Notes: a model not told the origin generated them from the letters alone. A DNA stretch of 64,000 bases from Squalus acanthias (GCA_030390025.1 CM059433.1:30878001-30942000); one strand, 5' to 3'. Counted from the first letter of the stretch, positions 51,164 through 62,911 are shown. Program-made: numbers and translations.

Positions 51164-54100
51164 ATGGCGGACACGAACGCAGTTTCCGTGAAACTGCCGG
51201 AGTTTTGGGAAAACCAGCCCGAAGCCTGGTTTCTCCAAGCTGAATCTCGCTTCCGGCTGCAAAACATCACCACAGATGGGACGAAGTACGACTACCTCGT
51301 CACATCACTCAGTAACGCCACAGTTTCGAAGGTTTGGACAACGCTGCAGAACCCACCAGAGGAAGGCAAGTACGCACATCTCAGAACAGCGCTCCTTAAA
51401 AAATTTACAGCCTCGGCATATCAGCGAAACTGCCACCTCCTCGACCTTCCAGGCCTCGGTGATGCCTCACCATCAGACCTCCTCTCCCACATGCTCTCCC
51501 TCACCGACGAGAGCCCACCCGGATCCCTCTTCCGTACGCTGTTCATCCGCCAGCTCCCTCTCAGCATCCGCCCAGCGATCGTGGCGTCCGGCCTCACAAA
51601 CCTGGAAGCCCTGGCCGATGAGGCCGACAAGCTGCTGTCCGCTCACTCCAGCCGCGACGTCACTCCGGACCTGGCAGCCAATGCCTGGGCGCGCCCCTCA
51701 CCATCCAGCACACGGCCACAAGGGCCTGTCACCAGGCCCACGGGGCCTTCACGCCCCACTAACACGTGCCACTGTTACTACCATGCACGGTTCGGCGCCA
51801 GGGCACAACGGTGCACACCTCCCTGCTCATTCAAGTCCGCCCCCGTTCCAGCCCCCGCGATGGCCGTGGGCCACGCGGGCTCCCTGCTGTTCGTCACGGA
51901 TGACAAAACCGGCCGCCGGTTCCTGTGCGACACTGGGGCTCAGCACAGCATCATCCCGGCCTCTGCCCTCGACATCCAAAAGGGCGACCGAGGACCGGCG
52001 CTGGCTGCTACTAACGGCTCGGAAATCCGGACATATGGCACCCGGACAGTCACCCTCGACCTCGCTGGTCACCGCTACCGATGGGAGTTCATCACTGCCA
52101 AGGTGCTCTCCCCCCTCATCGGCGCAGATTTCCTGTGTGCCCACGGCTTACTGGTAGACATCCCTCGTCACCGCCTCGTGGACATGAACACCATGTCCCC
52201 CATCCTGGGCGCCATGGCCCCCCGTCAACCCGCCGACATGGCGTCACAGTGCCACGCCCGGGCCACGGATGACTACTCGGCACTTCTGGCCGAATTTCCG
52301 GCCCTTACCAATCCGACCTTCTCCGCGGAGGCCGCCAAACACGGGGTGGAACACTTCATCCCCACCACAGGCCCCCCAGTGTACGCCCACGCCCGCAGGC
52401 TAGACCCAGCCAAACTGGAGATCGCGCGGACCGAGTTTGCCACCATGGAACAGCTCGGCATCATCCGCCGCTCCAACAGTCCCTGGGCCTCCCCACTCCA
52501 CATCGCCCCCAAACCAGGCGGAGGTTGGCGCCCCTGCGGGGATTACCGCCGCCTCAATGACGCCACCACCCCTGATTGGTACCCCGTGCTGCACATTCAG
52601 GACTTCTTGGCTAGACTGGCCGGCCGCTCAGTCTTTTCCAAGGTCGACCTGGTGCGCGCTACCACCAAGTCCCCGTCCACCCCGCGGACGTCCCCAAGAC
52701 GGCCATAATCACCCCCTTCGGCCTGTTCGAGTTCCTGCGGATGCCCTTCGGCCTCAAAAACGCGGCCCAGGCATTTCAACGGCTCATGGACTCGGTCCTT
52801 CGGGACCTGAAGTTCCTGTTCGTCTACCTGGACGACATCCTGGTAGCCAGTTCCTCCAAGCAGGAACACCTCGAACTCCTTCGCATCCTGTTCGGGCGCC
52901 TCAGCGACCACGGGCTCATCCTCAGCCCAGCCAAATGCCAGTTCGGCCTGGACAAGATTGACTTCCTCGGCCACCACATCACCCATGCTGGGGCCATTCC
53001 CCTGCCCACCAAGGTGCAGGCCGTCCAACAATTTCCCGGCCCCACCAACATCAAAGGCCTCCAGGAGTTCCTCGGGATGGTGAATTTCTATAACCGCTTC
53101 ATCCCCAAAGCGGCGTCCCTCATGAGGCCCCTGTATGAAGCCCTCCGGGGCAGGAGCGGCAAGATGGCGATCGAATGGACGGCAGACGCGTCCGCCCCCT
53201 TCGATTCCACCAAGACCGCGCTCGCCAACGCCACCCTGCTCGCGCACCCACGGCCCAATGCCAGGGTAGCGCTCACCACGGACGCCTCCGACCACGCGTG
53301 TATGAGCAGTGGGTCGACGGCGCCTGGCAACCACTTGCCTTCTTCAGCCGCGAACTACGCCCCCCGGAGGTCAAGTACAGCACCTTCGACCGCGAGCTCC
53401 TCGCGCTGTTCCTGGCGGTCCGCCATTTCCGGTTTTTGCTTGAGGGCCACCCCTTCACTGCGTTTGTCGACCACAAGCCCCTGACATTCGCAATGGCAAA
53501 GACAACCGACCCCTGGTCCGCCAGGCAGCAGCGCCAGCTCGCGGCAGTGTCCGAGTTCACCACGGACATCCAACACGTCTCCGGCTGAGACAATGTGGTA
53601 GCCGACTGCCTCTCCCGCCCCGCCATCCACGCCGCACACCTAGCAGTCGACTACACTCAACTCGCAGCAGACCAGATCAACGACCCTGATCTGCTCTCCG
53701 CACCCAGCAACCTACCAGGGCTATGCCTGGCCGACGTCGCCTGTGGCCCGACCGCAGTCACGGTCAAGTGCGACATATCCCTATGTCAACCTCGGCCCGT
53801 CGTCCCAGCGTCCTGGCGCCGCCGGGTATTCGACATTCTCCACAACCTCTCCCTCCCCGGCGCCCGCGCATCCATCAAATTGGTAGCCAACCGCTTTGTC
53901 TGGTGCGGCCTTCGCAAGGATGTGCGTACTTGGGCCAACTCCTGCCTAGCCTGCCAACGGGCCAAGGTACAGCAACACACGAAAGCACCCCTCGAGGAGT
54001 TTACCGTCCCCTCGCGGAGATTCGACCACATCCACGTGGACATCGTCAGGCCCCTGCCGCCGTCGCAAGGCCACACGCACTTGCTGACCATCGTTGACCG

Positions 54101-54958
54101 CACCACACGCTGGCCTGAGTCAATTCCACTGACCTCTACCACCACCGCCGACATCGCCAGAGCCTTCGTCAGCACCTGGGTCGCACTTTTCGGCGTCCCC
54201 ACCGACATGACGTTGGACAGAGGTCCGTAATTTACCTCTGAACTCTGGACCGCCGTCGCACGCAATCTCGGGGTGACCATTCACCGCACCACAGCGTACC
54301 ACCCCCAAGTCAACGGACTGTGTGAGCGGTTCCACAGATCCTTGAAGGCATCTCTTCGAGCCAGCCTCCAAGACGGCGCCTGGACCGACCGACTTCCGTG
54401 GGTCCTCCTCGGCCTGCGCACCGCGGTTAAAGAAGACCTCCACGCATCGGCAGCAGAGCTCGTGTACGGTCGGCCGCTGCGCGTACCCGGCGAGTTCCTG
54501 CCCACCGCCACGACACCCTGGTCAGCCGACCAGCAACGCCACGACTTCGCCTCACCGGCGCTGCAGTTCGCCCCGGTGCCCATTGCCCGACACGGCGAAT
54601 CCACCTCACACGTCCCACTAAGCCTGCACCAGGCACGGTTTGTTTTTGTCCGGCACGACGCCCACCCCTTCAACCCCCGTAAGATGGGCCCTACAAGGTG
54701 CTACAGGCTGGGGACAAATTTTTCACCCTGCAAGTGGGCGACAGGACCGAAAAAGTGTTGGTGGACCGACTCAAGCCAGCACACTCGGAGCCCGGGGAGC
54801 AGGTCCCTGTAGCTCGTCCACCTCCACGCGGCCGACCTGCCCTCAAGCCGGTTCACCCGGCTGCTCCACGCCCGTCCGTCCCACGTCCACCGGCGTCCTA
54901 CAAGAGCCGCTCCGCCCGGCCCATCAGACCGCCGCACAGTCTCGTCCACACCTCCTAA
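51164..54958 (+). pseudogene. Gypsy gag-pol polyprotein with a few lesions
   Basis: Gag VKLPEFWENQPEAWF and CHCC knuckle CYYHARFGARAQRCTPPC. Protease FLCDTGAQ. RT PWASPLH, DYRRLN and YLDDIL. RNase H TTDASD and DRELLA. Integrase IHVDIV and NGLCERFH. Frameshifts near 52657, 53297 and 54660, and stops at 53586 and 54228. Confidence 0.93.
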
Positions 54959-54978
54959 GCGGATTCTGGGGGGAGCTG

Positions 54979-55240
54979 TGTGGCGGATCGCCACCTAAAA
55001 CGGGCATAATCCACTCTTCCGTCTGTGGACAAATTTCCAGCCCCTCCCCTTTAAGGCACATTACCTTTAAGGCAGAAGGGGGCGGGGCCTCAGGTTTTAC
55101 CCAGAGAATTCTGGGAGTTTTTCCAGAGAATTCTGGGAGCAGCTCTCGCAGCCATTTTGTCGTAGCATGCAGTGAATTAAAGTTTCTTGTTTTCCACATA
55201 TGGATTCAGCCTCCATTCGTGTTTCGCGGCAGCCTCAACA
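54979..55240 (+). repeat. 3' LTR, preceded by the polypurine tract ggggggag at 54968-54975
   Basis: Direct repeat of 50862-51123. Confidence 0.95.
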
Positions 55241-55456
55241 CAGTGATCTTAAAAGAATTATAGCTTTTCCAACAAAATTGTTTTACAAAACAATAGTATT
55301 ATTTAATGAGGGTTTTTCTCTGTTCCCAATACACATATATGAAAGTCTTCATAGAAGGTACATTGGAAGATTACACTGATATACGGGTGTTGTTGGTATG
55401 GGTGTGCCTGTAGTGGATACAACACACTGGGAATCAAGATAACATGGTGATGATTC

Positions 55457-55512
55457 CTAGGCTTAGTGGTAGCACTCTCGCCTGAGTCAGATGGTTGTGG
55501 GTTCAAGTCCCA
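55457..55512 (+). mobile_element. Isolated DeuSINE tRNA-like head
   Basis: ggcttagtggtagcactctcgcctgagtcagatggttgtgggttcaagtccca, containing A-box and B-box. Confidence 0.75.
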
Positions 55513-55513
55513 T

Positions 55514-56236
55514 AGGTGTAACAGCGATTTACTTGTACTTCTTGTAATTTAGTATACTGTATTCGCTGCTCACGATGTGGTCTCCTCTACATTGGGGAGA
55601 CCAAATGCAGATTGGTGACCGCTTTGTGGAACACCTCCATTCAGTCCGTAAGTGTGACCCCCAGCTTCCGGTCGCCTGTCACTTTAATTCTCCGCTCCAC
55701 TCCCACTCTGACCTCTCCGTTCTCGGCCTCTTACACTGCTCCAATGAAGCTCAACTTAAGCTTGAGGAACAGCACTTCATCTTTCGATTAGACACTTTAC
55801 ACTACAGCCTTCTGGACTCAACATCGAGTTCAACAATTTCAGACCAGAACCTCTGCCCTCTTTTTCAGATGGCAGCTGTTGATGATCCTGCTATTCCCAT
55901 TTACTCCTCTTCTAGACCCACCTTTTGTTTCTTTACTTGTACCATTACCATCTCCTTTTGCTTTGTCCAATCATACCTTTTGTCTTTTAATCTCTCCTGC
56001 CTTCCACCCTATCACAGACCTTCTCTTTTGTTTTTTCCTCCCCTCCCCCCTATCCCTGCCCCTGCACTTGCTTAAAACCTGTTACATCTCTAACTTTTTC
56101 CAGTTCTGACGAAAGGTCATCGACCTGAAACGTTAACTCTGTTTCTCTCTCCACAGATGCTGCCTGACCTGCTGAGTATTTCCAGCATTTTCTGTTTTTA
56201 TTTCAGATTTCCAGCATCCGCAGTATTTTGCTTTTG
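55514..56236 (+). mobile_element. 5'-truncated Penelope-like element: GIY-YIG remnant, 3' UTR and pLTR
   Basis: Nucleotide match to 62270-62600 (LVYCIRCSRCGLLYIGETK), followed by the hammerhead-containing terminus. Confidence 0.92.
56102..56138 (+). ncRNA. Minimal type I hammerhead ribozyme motif, complete
   Basis: AGTT-CTGACGA-A-AGGTC(atc)GACCT-GAAA-CG-TT-AACT. Stem I is AGTT/AACT, the core is CUGANGA plus GAAA, stem II is 5 bp, and the minimal stem III is the palindrome AACGTT. Confidence 0.82.
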
Positions 56237-57989
56237 TGGGAGTCTTGTAGAGTTGGTTAGCTGGCCTTTAGGAGTCTTTAGCAGGGAAAAGTTGTTATCC
56301 TGAGTTGGCCCTTTTACCTTCTTGGACAGGAGGACTGATTAGGGTGTGTTGTGGGGATAGAGGAGAGTCTATTCCCCCTGACAATGGGAAATGGCTCAGG
56401 TTGTTTGGTATATCCACAGCAGCAGATGGAGCCTGTACATTCCTCTCATGTCTCCAACAGATGTTTCCCTCATGCATTTTTGCAAGATGAAAAAATAGGT
56501 AAATTGCATTTGAATCTTAAAGGTGTATGAAGGGTGATGAATTATAACACTGGCTTCTGTTAAATAAGACTAGAGTGACTTTCCCTGCACATTAGGAATA
56601 TTGAACAATAATAATTCACCATCCATTAGATGAAAGCACTGCAAAAATGTTTTGTCATTACGACTTCTCAGAATAAACAAAGGTAAATGGTTATTTTTTT
56701 AAATTGTGCCTTTTAAATCATTACAGTCCTCGGGCAGTAGAGCTGAGGCACTTTCTAGGCTTATACTAGAAGGATGTCTACACCTGAGGAACTATGCCCT
56801 GACCTGAGTTAGCACCCCTCTTGATGGGGGGGCGGGGGGAGGGGGGGGGCGGGGGGTGGAGAGAACAGAAGAGGGGAGAAAATTGAAAGGTTAAACTAGA
56901 AAATCATTCAAAGCCATATTAGCCATGGTAAGAAGAGACAGAAAATGAGCATATATTTTATTGCAGACGAGTTTTGGAATCAGTGTTAAGTGAGATGGAT
57001 ATGAAACAATTTGAACTAAAACTCTTCGTTCCCTCTTATAATAAACACAAAAGTTAAGCAAAAAAAAACCCTCAAATATATTTTATTTGATACCTTTCCA
57101 TTCTTAGGGCTATTTCTGTTTAAACACTGAGTACTGATAATATCAGCTAGGAGGAGCTGCTGAGCTTATTAACGTAGAAGGGTTGAATGAATGCCCACAG
57201 CTGGTAATGCAGGAGCGATTCTGCTTCTTCTGCACTCTCCACAGGGAAGCCACACTCACAGGGATGTGTGGATCGGAGACAAGGCTACGACATGCTAACC
57301 CCTAAGTCTCTGACTAGCACTCCCCAGGAGCACAGCTCCACCCGCTGGGAGTGCAGAGATCACAGAATCAGGCCTTGCAGGTTTGCTGCAGCGAAACAGA
57401 TTAGTATTCTGGCCTGGATATTCCCACTGGTTTCAGCAGTTGAGCAGGTTTAGTGGTAGTGGTAACCTTGCTTTTATTTGGAGGAACAGTGTTAAATCTG
57501 TCACGAGCGGTGCAATTTAAAACTGACAATAGCCTGTTTGCCACTATCCCACCAGTTAATTATGGTCCATTGAGTCTGGCAATAGTTATTGCCATTAATG
57601 TATTGAAGCCATTGCAATGTATTGACTGAATTTTTCCCTGCTGATGGTATTCACACCAGTTTCACTATTCCCTAAATAAAAAGCAGTAGAGGGGTGATTC
57701 TGGATTCCCAGTAGGGGACAGTGCTGAGAGAGTAGCTTGGAAAATCTCAAGCATGCAGCCCTTGATTTTATGCCTATTGAAAATTCAACAGATGGAGACT
57801 CGGGACAAAGGGATTTAGGAATTGCTGGACTTAAAAAGACCAAGGTCTATCTAGTTTGCCTTCTACCATCACATCATACAATGATGGAGTTGTTGACTAA
57901 TTATAGTAATCAATCTCTATCAATGAGTGCACAACAGACTCAGACATGAGTCAAGGAAAACCCCAGTGGTGGAGAGCTTTGGGAACCAT

Positions 57990-58261
57990 GGGGGAAAAAT
58001 TCGGTTGATTTGTGCCTCCTGTTAGCGGGGCGCTAATGGGGCGCAAAGCACCTAGCGCCTGGGTGCAGTGCCGCTAACACCTCCCGCGAAATTCAGCGGG
58101 AGGTATTAGCGGCGGCGGTAACCGTTAGCGCCCCACGGTGCTGCGCCGCCGGCGATGATGTCATCGTCGTGCACAGCGCCCCGGCTGCGATCTTCGGGAG
58201 CGCCCCCTGACTTACCGCCGGACGCTATGTCCGAAAGAGGGCGCAACCCAATTTTTCCCCC
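57990..58261. mobile_element. 272-nt Harbinger-type MITE
   Basis: TIRs GGGGGAAAAATT and AATTTTTCCCCC, TSD CAT on both sides. Confidence 0.85.
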
Positions 58262-58784
58262 CATAGGTCCAAAGTTACCTTTCATATACTCCCTCTGGGT
58301 GCAGCTCCCTACAGGGAGCAACGGTTCCAGAATCGGCCTGTATAAGAATGCCTCAGGGACAATCTTTGATGCAGGACCAGCTCCACAGAGGAGAGGGAGG
58401 AGGAGGAAGTGCGTCCGTTCACCAGGCCTGCTGAGTCACATTTAATTCCAGTTATTTCTTGTTTCTTAATGTTCCAAAAGACTTACACTTGTCTTGGTCC
58501 CATTAACTGGGCAGGATTTTCAATCTGCCTCAGTGGCTTTCAGGAAACAATCGCCCTTTGCCGGGAGTGGGTCGGAAAACCCGCTCACGCGTGTAAATGG
58601 GTGTTTACGACACACTTTCGGCAGTTACAATGGCTCAGCTCCCAGGAAACTCTATAAATGTGTCTTCACTATTGTTGAGTCTGCTCATGGACATTTACGG
58701 TTATCCCACAATTAAGTGTGGCTCTGATTATGGCCCGCTTACACTATGGGGCAACGTCAGATAACTGGCATCAACACTGGACAA

Positions 58785-59010
58785 TTGCATAGAATTTACA
58801 GCACAGAAACAGGCCATTCGGTCTATGCAGGTGTTTATGCTCCACACAAGCCTCCTCCCACTCTAATTACTTCACCTCACCCTGTCAACAGAACCCTCTA
58901 TTCCCTTCTCCCTCATGTGTTTATCTAGCTTCCCTTAAATGCATCTCTGCTATTCGCCTCAACTGCTCACGTGGTTGTGAGTTCCACATTCTCACCACTC
59001 TCTGGGTAAA
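58785..59010 (-). mobile_element. CR1 3' fragment
   Basis: FTQRVVRMWNS on the minus strand plus a 3' UTR. Confidence 0.8.
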
Positions 59011-59179
59011 CAGTGCAAGTGCAGTCCTCACAACAGTGTGTCTGGCAATCCTTTTTTTTGGGTCTGCTTGAAGAAGTAAACCAGAAATGTTGTGCATCTT
59101 TTTATCACAGTGACTGCCCCTGTGAGTGGAGCAGTAATACTGTTTCAATACAAGCTACCAGCTCACTTTATCTATTTGT

Positions 59180-59757
59180 AAACATAGGAACAAGAGTAGG
59201 CATTCAGCCCCTCAAGTCTGTTCCGCCATTCAATTAGATCACGGCTGATCTGTATCTTAACTCCATCTACCCGCCTTGGTTCTATATCCCTTAATACCCT
59301 TGCCTAACAAAAATGTATCAATATCAGTTTTGCCATTTTCAATTGACCCCCAGCCTCAACAGCCTTTTGGGGGAGAGAGTTCCAGATTTCACTACCCTTT
59401 GTGTGAAGAAGTGCTTCCTGACATCACCCCTGAACGGCCTAGCTCTAATTTTAAGATTATGCCCCATTGTTCTTGACTCCCCCACCAGAGGAAATAGTTT
59501 CTCTCTATCTATCCTATCAACTCCTTTAATCATCTTAAACACCTCAATTAGATCACCCATTAATCTTCAATACTCAAGGGAATACAAGCCTAGTCTATGC
59601 AACCTATCCTCATAATTGAACCCTTATAGCATTCTGGTGAATCTGTGCTGCACCTCCTCCAAGGCCGATATATCCTTCCTGAGGTGCAGTGCCCAGGACT
59701 GAATGCAATACTCCAGATGGGGTCTGACCAAAGCTTTATATATAACTGTAACATAAC
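59180..59757 (-). mobile_element. 5'-truncated CR1
   Basis: ORF 59339-59560 reads GDLIEVFKMIKGVDRID. Confidence 0.88.
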
Positions 59758-59925
59758 CACATGAAAACATTGGTCCTTTTAAATCTGTAAACATGTAGAC
59801 ATGTCCCGTGAGAACTGATATACCTTATGGTCAGAATTCCACATTCAACAGATACTTATATTTGTTAATATCAGTTGATTGATGTCCTAAACATATGATT
59901 ATAAGCATAACCTTGTTCATCTTCA

Positions 59926-62601
59926 TTGATTTCAGTTTCCCTTCTCGTGTTTGATCAGGTATCTGCCAAGACTCGGTTTCACAGCCACATTACTTTCCTC
60001 AGCAACTGTCTCCGGTTCCGACTTATCCCACGTGGATTCCAACTAAACTTCCACCCTTCGTGTTTCGGATCCACCCAGGATTACAAATATCTCCAAGATA
60101 TTCATCGTTCCTCGAACTACTGCTCTCGCCGCATCTTGAGATCCACGCTCAATGCCATGCGGCGCCACATGAACACTCTCGACATCTCTCTTCAGCAGCA
60201 CCGACGCACTCTATCTCAAAGCTGTCCGGGTCCACAGTTCCATTTCATCCTTAGACTCATCCGACGCTTCAACAAAAAACTTTTCTTCTTCCTTTCCGAT
60301 GTCAAGGATCGCAAGCTTCAACAACTCTTGGACACTAAAGCCCCTCCGGAACCTTCTTCCCCTTCACTTTCCTCTGACCCCCCTTCTCCCAATCTCACCC
60401 CCTGCCGCGTTTTCACTATCCCCTCTGACCTTCCCCTCTCTGACTCCGAACGATCAGTCCTCAGCAAAGGCCTGAGCTTCATCCCCTTACGCCCCCATCT
60501 CAATGAATTTCGAGCTCGGCACGATGCTGAGCTCTTTTTCCGCCGCCTCCGTCTCCGTGCCCACTTCTCTGGCCAGGAGTCTTCCCCCCGCACGGCTGAC
60601 CCTTTCTCCCGCTTTCAGAATTCTCGTTCCACCTGGACCCCTCCCTCTGGCCCCTTACCCTCTCTTGATCTTTTCATTGCTAACTGCCGCCGTGACATCG
60701 GCCAGCTCAATTTCTCTGCTCCCCTCACTCACTCCAACCTACCTCCCTCTGAACTTGCAGCACTCCATTCTCTCCGATCCAACCCTGACATTGTCATTAA
60801 ACCTGCTGACAAGGGTGGCGCTGTTGTTGTTTGGCGAACCGACCTCTACCTAGCGGAAGTTGAACGCCAACTCTCTGACACCTCCTCCTACCTCCACCTG
60901 GACCATGACCCCACTACCGAACATCAAGCCACCGTGTCCAAGACTGTCACTGACCTCATCTCCTCTGGAGATCTTCCCCCCACGGCCGCCAACCTCATAG
61001 TTCCCCAACCCCGCACAGCCCGCTTCTACCTCCTTCCCAAGATCCACAAACAGGACTGCCCCGGTAGACCCATCGTTTCAGCCTGTTCTTGCCCCACGGA
61101 ACTTATCTCTTCCTATCTCGACTCTATTTTTTCTCCCCTTGTCCAGTCTCTTCCCACCTACATCCGCGACTCTTCCGATGCCCTCCGCCATTTTAACAGT
61201 TTCCAGTTTCCCGGCCCCAACCGTCTCCTCTTCACTATGGACGTACAATCCCTCTACACCTCCATTCCCCACCAGGATGGCCTGAGGGCGCTCCGCTTCT
61301 TCCTTGAACAGAGGCCCAACCAGTCCCCATCCACCACCACCCTCCTCCGCCTGGCTGAACTTGTTCTCACATTGAACAACTTCTCCTTTGACTCTACCCA
61401 TTTCCTCCAAATTAAAGGTGTTGCTATGGGTACCCGCATGGGTCCTAGCTATGCCTGCCTTTTCGTGGGATATGTGGAACACTCTTTGTTCCAGTCCTAC
61501 TCGGGTCCCCTCCCTCACCTCTTTTTCCGGTACATTGATGACTGTATCGGTGCCGTCTCCTGCTCTCGCCCTGAACTAGAACATTTCATTCACTATGCTT
61601 CCAATTTCCACCCTTCCCTCACCTTCACATGGTCCATCTCCGACTCTTCCCTTCCCTTCCTCGACTTCTCCATCTCCATCTCTGGGGATAGGTTATTGAC
61701 TAACATTCACTACAAGCCCACCGACTCCCACAGCTACCTGGACTACACTTCCTCCCACCCCGCCTCCTGTAAGGACTCTATTCCATTCTCCCAGTTTCTC
61801 CGTCTCCGCCGCATCTGCTCTGATGATGCCACCTTCCATACCAGTGCTTCCGACATGTCTTCCTTTTTCCTCAACCGAGGATTCCCCTCTACCGTGGTCG
61901 ACACGGCCCTCGACCGTGTCCGTTCTATCTCCCGCACATCTGCCCTCACCCCTGCCCCTCCCTCCCGGAACCACGATAGGGTTCCCCTTGTCCTCACCTT
62001 TCACCCCACCAGCCTCCACATTCAACGGATCATCCTCCGCCATTTCCGCCACCTCCAGCGTGATCCCACCACCAAACACATCTTCCCCTCACCTCCCCTT
62101 TCAGCATTCCGCAGGGACCGCTCCCTCCGCGACACCCTAGTCCACTCCTCTACCACCCCCAGCACCCCTTCCCCTTCGCCCGGCACCTTCCCGTGCACGC
62201 GCAGGAGATGCAACACATGCCCTTATACCTCCCCTCTTCCCACTGTCCAGGGCCCCAAACACCCCTTCCAGGTGAAACAGCGATTTACTTGTACTTCCTG
62301 CAATTTAGTATACTGTATTCGCTGCTCACGATGTGGACTCCTCTACATTGGGGAGACCAAACGCAGATTGGGTGACCGCTTTGCGGAACACCTCCGTTCA
62401 GTCCGTAAGGGGGACCCCGAGCTCCCGGTGGCCTGTCACTTTAATTCACCGCTTCACTCCCACTCTGACCTCACCGTCCTCGGCCTATTACACTGTTCCA
62501 CGGAAGCTCAGCGTAAGCTCGAGGAACAGCACCTCATCTTTCGTTTAGGCACGCTACAGCCCTCTGGACTCAATATCGAGTTCAACAATTTTAGATCATA
62601 A
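59926..62601 (+). CDS. Penelope-like RT plus GIY-YIG endonuclease, about 891 aa with no internal stops
   Basis: RT motifs IKPADKGG, LPKIHK, PGRPIVS, MDVQSLYTSIP, QIKGVAMGTRMGP and RYIDD. Cys-rich linker CTRRRCNTC. GIY-YIG LVYCIRCSRCGLLYIGETKR...RFAEH...LEE...GLN. The listed start is TTG and the first ATG is at 60157, so the native start is probably lost. Confidence 0.93.
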   Translation: MISVSLLVFDQVSAKTRFHSHITFLSNCLRFRLIPRGFQLNFHPSCFGSTQDYKYLQDIHRSSNYCSRRILRSTLNAMRRHMNTLDISLQQHRRTLSQSCPGPQFHFILRLIRRFNKKLFFFLSDVKDRKLQQLLDTKAPPEPSSPSLSSDPPSPNLTPCRVFTIPSDLPLSDSERSVLSKGLSFIPLRPHLNEFRARHDAELFFRRLRLRAHFSGQESSPRTADPFSRFQNSRSTWTPPSGPLPSLDLFIANCRRDIGQLNFSAPLTHSNLPPSELAALHSLRSNPDIVIKPADKGGAVVVWRTDLYLAEVERQLSDTSSYLHLDHDPTTEHQATVSKTVTDLISSGDLPPTAANLIVPQPRTARFYLLPKIHKQDCPGRPIVSACSCPTELISSYLDSIFSPLVQSLPTYIRDSSDALRHFNSFQFPGPNRLLFTMDVQSLYTSIPHQDGLRALRFFLEQRPNQSPSTTTLLRLAELVLTLNNFSFDSTHFLQIKGVAMGTRMGPSYACLFVGYVEHSLFQSYSGPLPHLFFRYIDDCIGAVSCSRPELEHFIHYASNFHPSLTFTWSISDSSLPFLDFSISISGDRLLTNIHYKPTDSHSYLDYTSSHPASCKDSIPFSQFLRLRRICSDDATFHTSASDMSSFFLNRGFPSTVVDTALDRVRSISRTSALTPAPPSRNHDRVPLVLTFHPTSLHIQRIILRHFRHLQRDPTTKHIFPSPPLSAFRRDRSLRDTLVHSSTTPSTPSPSPGTFPCTRRRCNTCPYTSPLPTVQGPKHPFQVKQRFTCTSCNLVYCIRCSRCGLLYIGETKRRLGDRFAEHLRSVRKGDPELPVACHFNSPLHSHSDLTVLGLLHCSTEAQRKLEEQHLIFRLGTLQPSGLNIEFNNFRS

Positions 62602-62878
62602 CCTCAGCTCCAATCACATTTATATTTTATTTTATCCACCCTTTTATTTGTCCCCCCCACCTTTTTTTTTCCTCCTAGAAGCTGGCAGCTGTCCTTCATT
62701 CTGCCAGTAGATTTCACACTTCATTCAGCCTTAATCTGTCACATTAACACCACCTCTAGCCTTGCATATCTCTTAATGTCTCTTAATGTCTCTTCATCTC
62801 CTCCTTTGTTCCTTTATCCCCTCCCCCTTTTCCCAGCTTTACCCTGGCCTTAAATCTATTTGATTTCCAGCTCTTCCC

Positions 62879-62911
62879 AGTTCTGATGAAAGGTCATCGA
62901 CCTGAAACGTT
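62879..62911 (+). ncRNA. Hammerhead ribozyme motif truncated at the predicted cleavage site
   Basis: AGTT-CTGATGA-A-AGGTC(atc)GACCT-GAAA-CG-TT, followed by unrelated gcatc instead of the AACT stem I strand. Confidence 0.8.

Larger units (their letters stand above)
50862..55240 (+). mobile_element. Full-length Ty3/Gypsy LTR retrotransposon, CsRn1-like clade, 4379 nt
   Basis: Two 262-nt TG...CA LTRs, TSD CAGT at 50858-50861 and 55241-55244, PBS, PPT and gag-PR-RT-RH-IN order. Confidence 0.96.
59911..62911 (+). mobile_element. Young Penelope-like retroelement (Neptune-type) lacking a 5' pLTR
   Basis: Single uninterrupted frame 59911-62601, then a pyrimidine-rich 3' UTR and a hammerhead motif ending at 62911. 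Confidence 0.93.

Noticed and set aside
51276..55263. Many overlapping or antisense ORFs in the Gypsy element, including a possible env
   Set aside because: These are expected shadow frames of GC-rich sequence. There is no room or transmembrane signature for env between integrase and the PPT.
60060..62548. Antisense and alternate-frame ORFs over the Penelope ORF
   Set aside because: They are shadow ORFs with no recognisable motifs.
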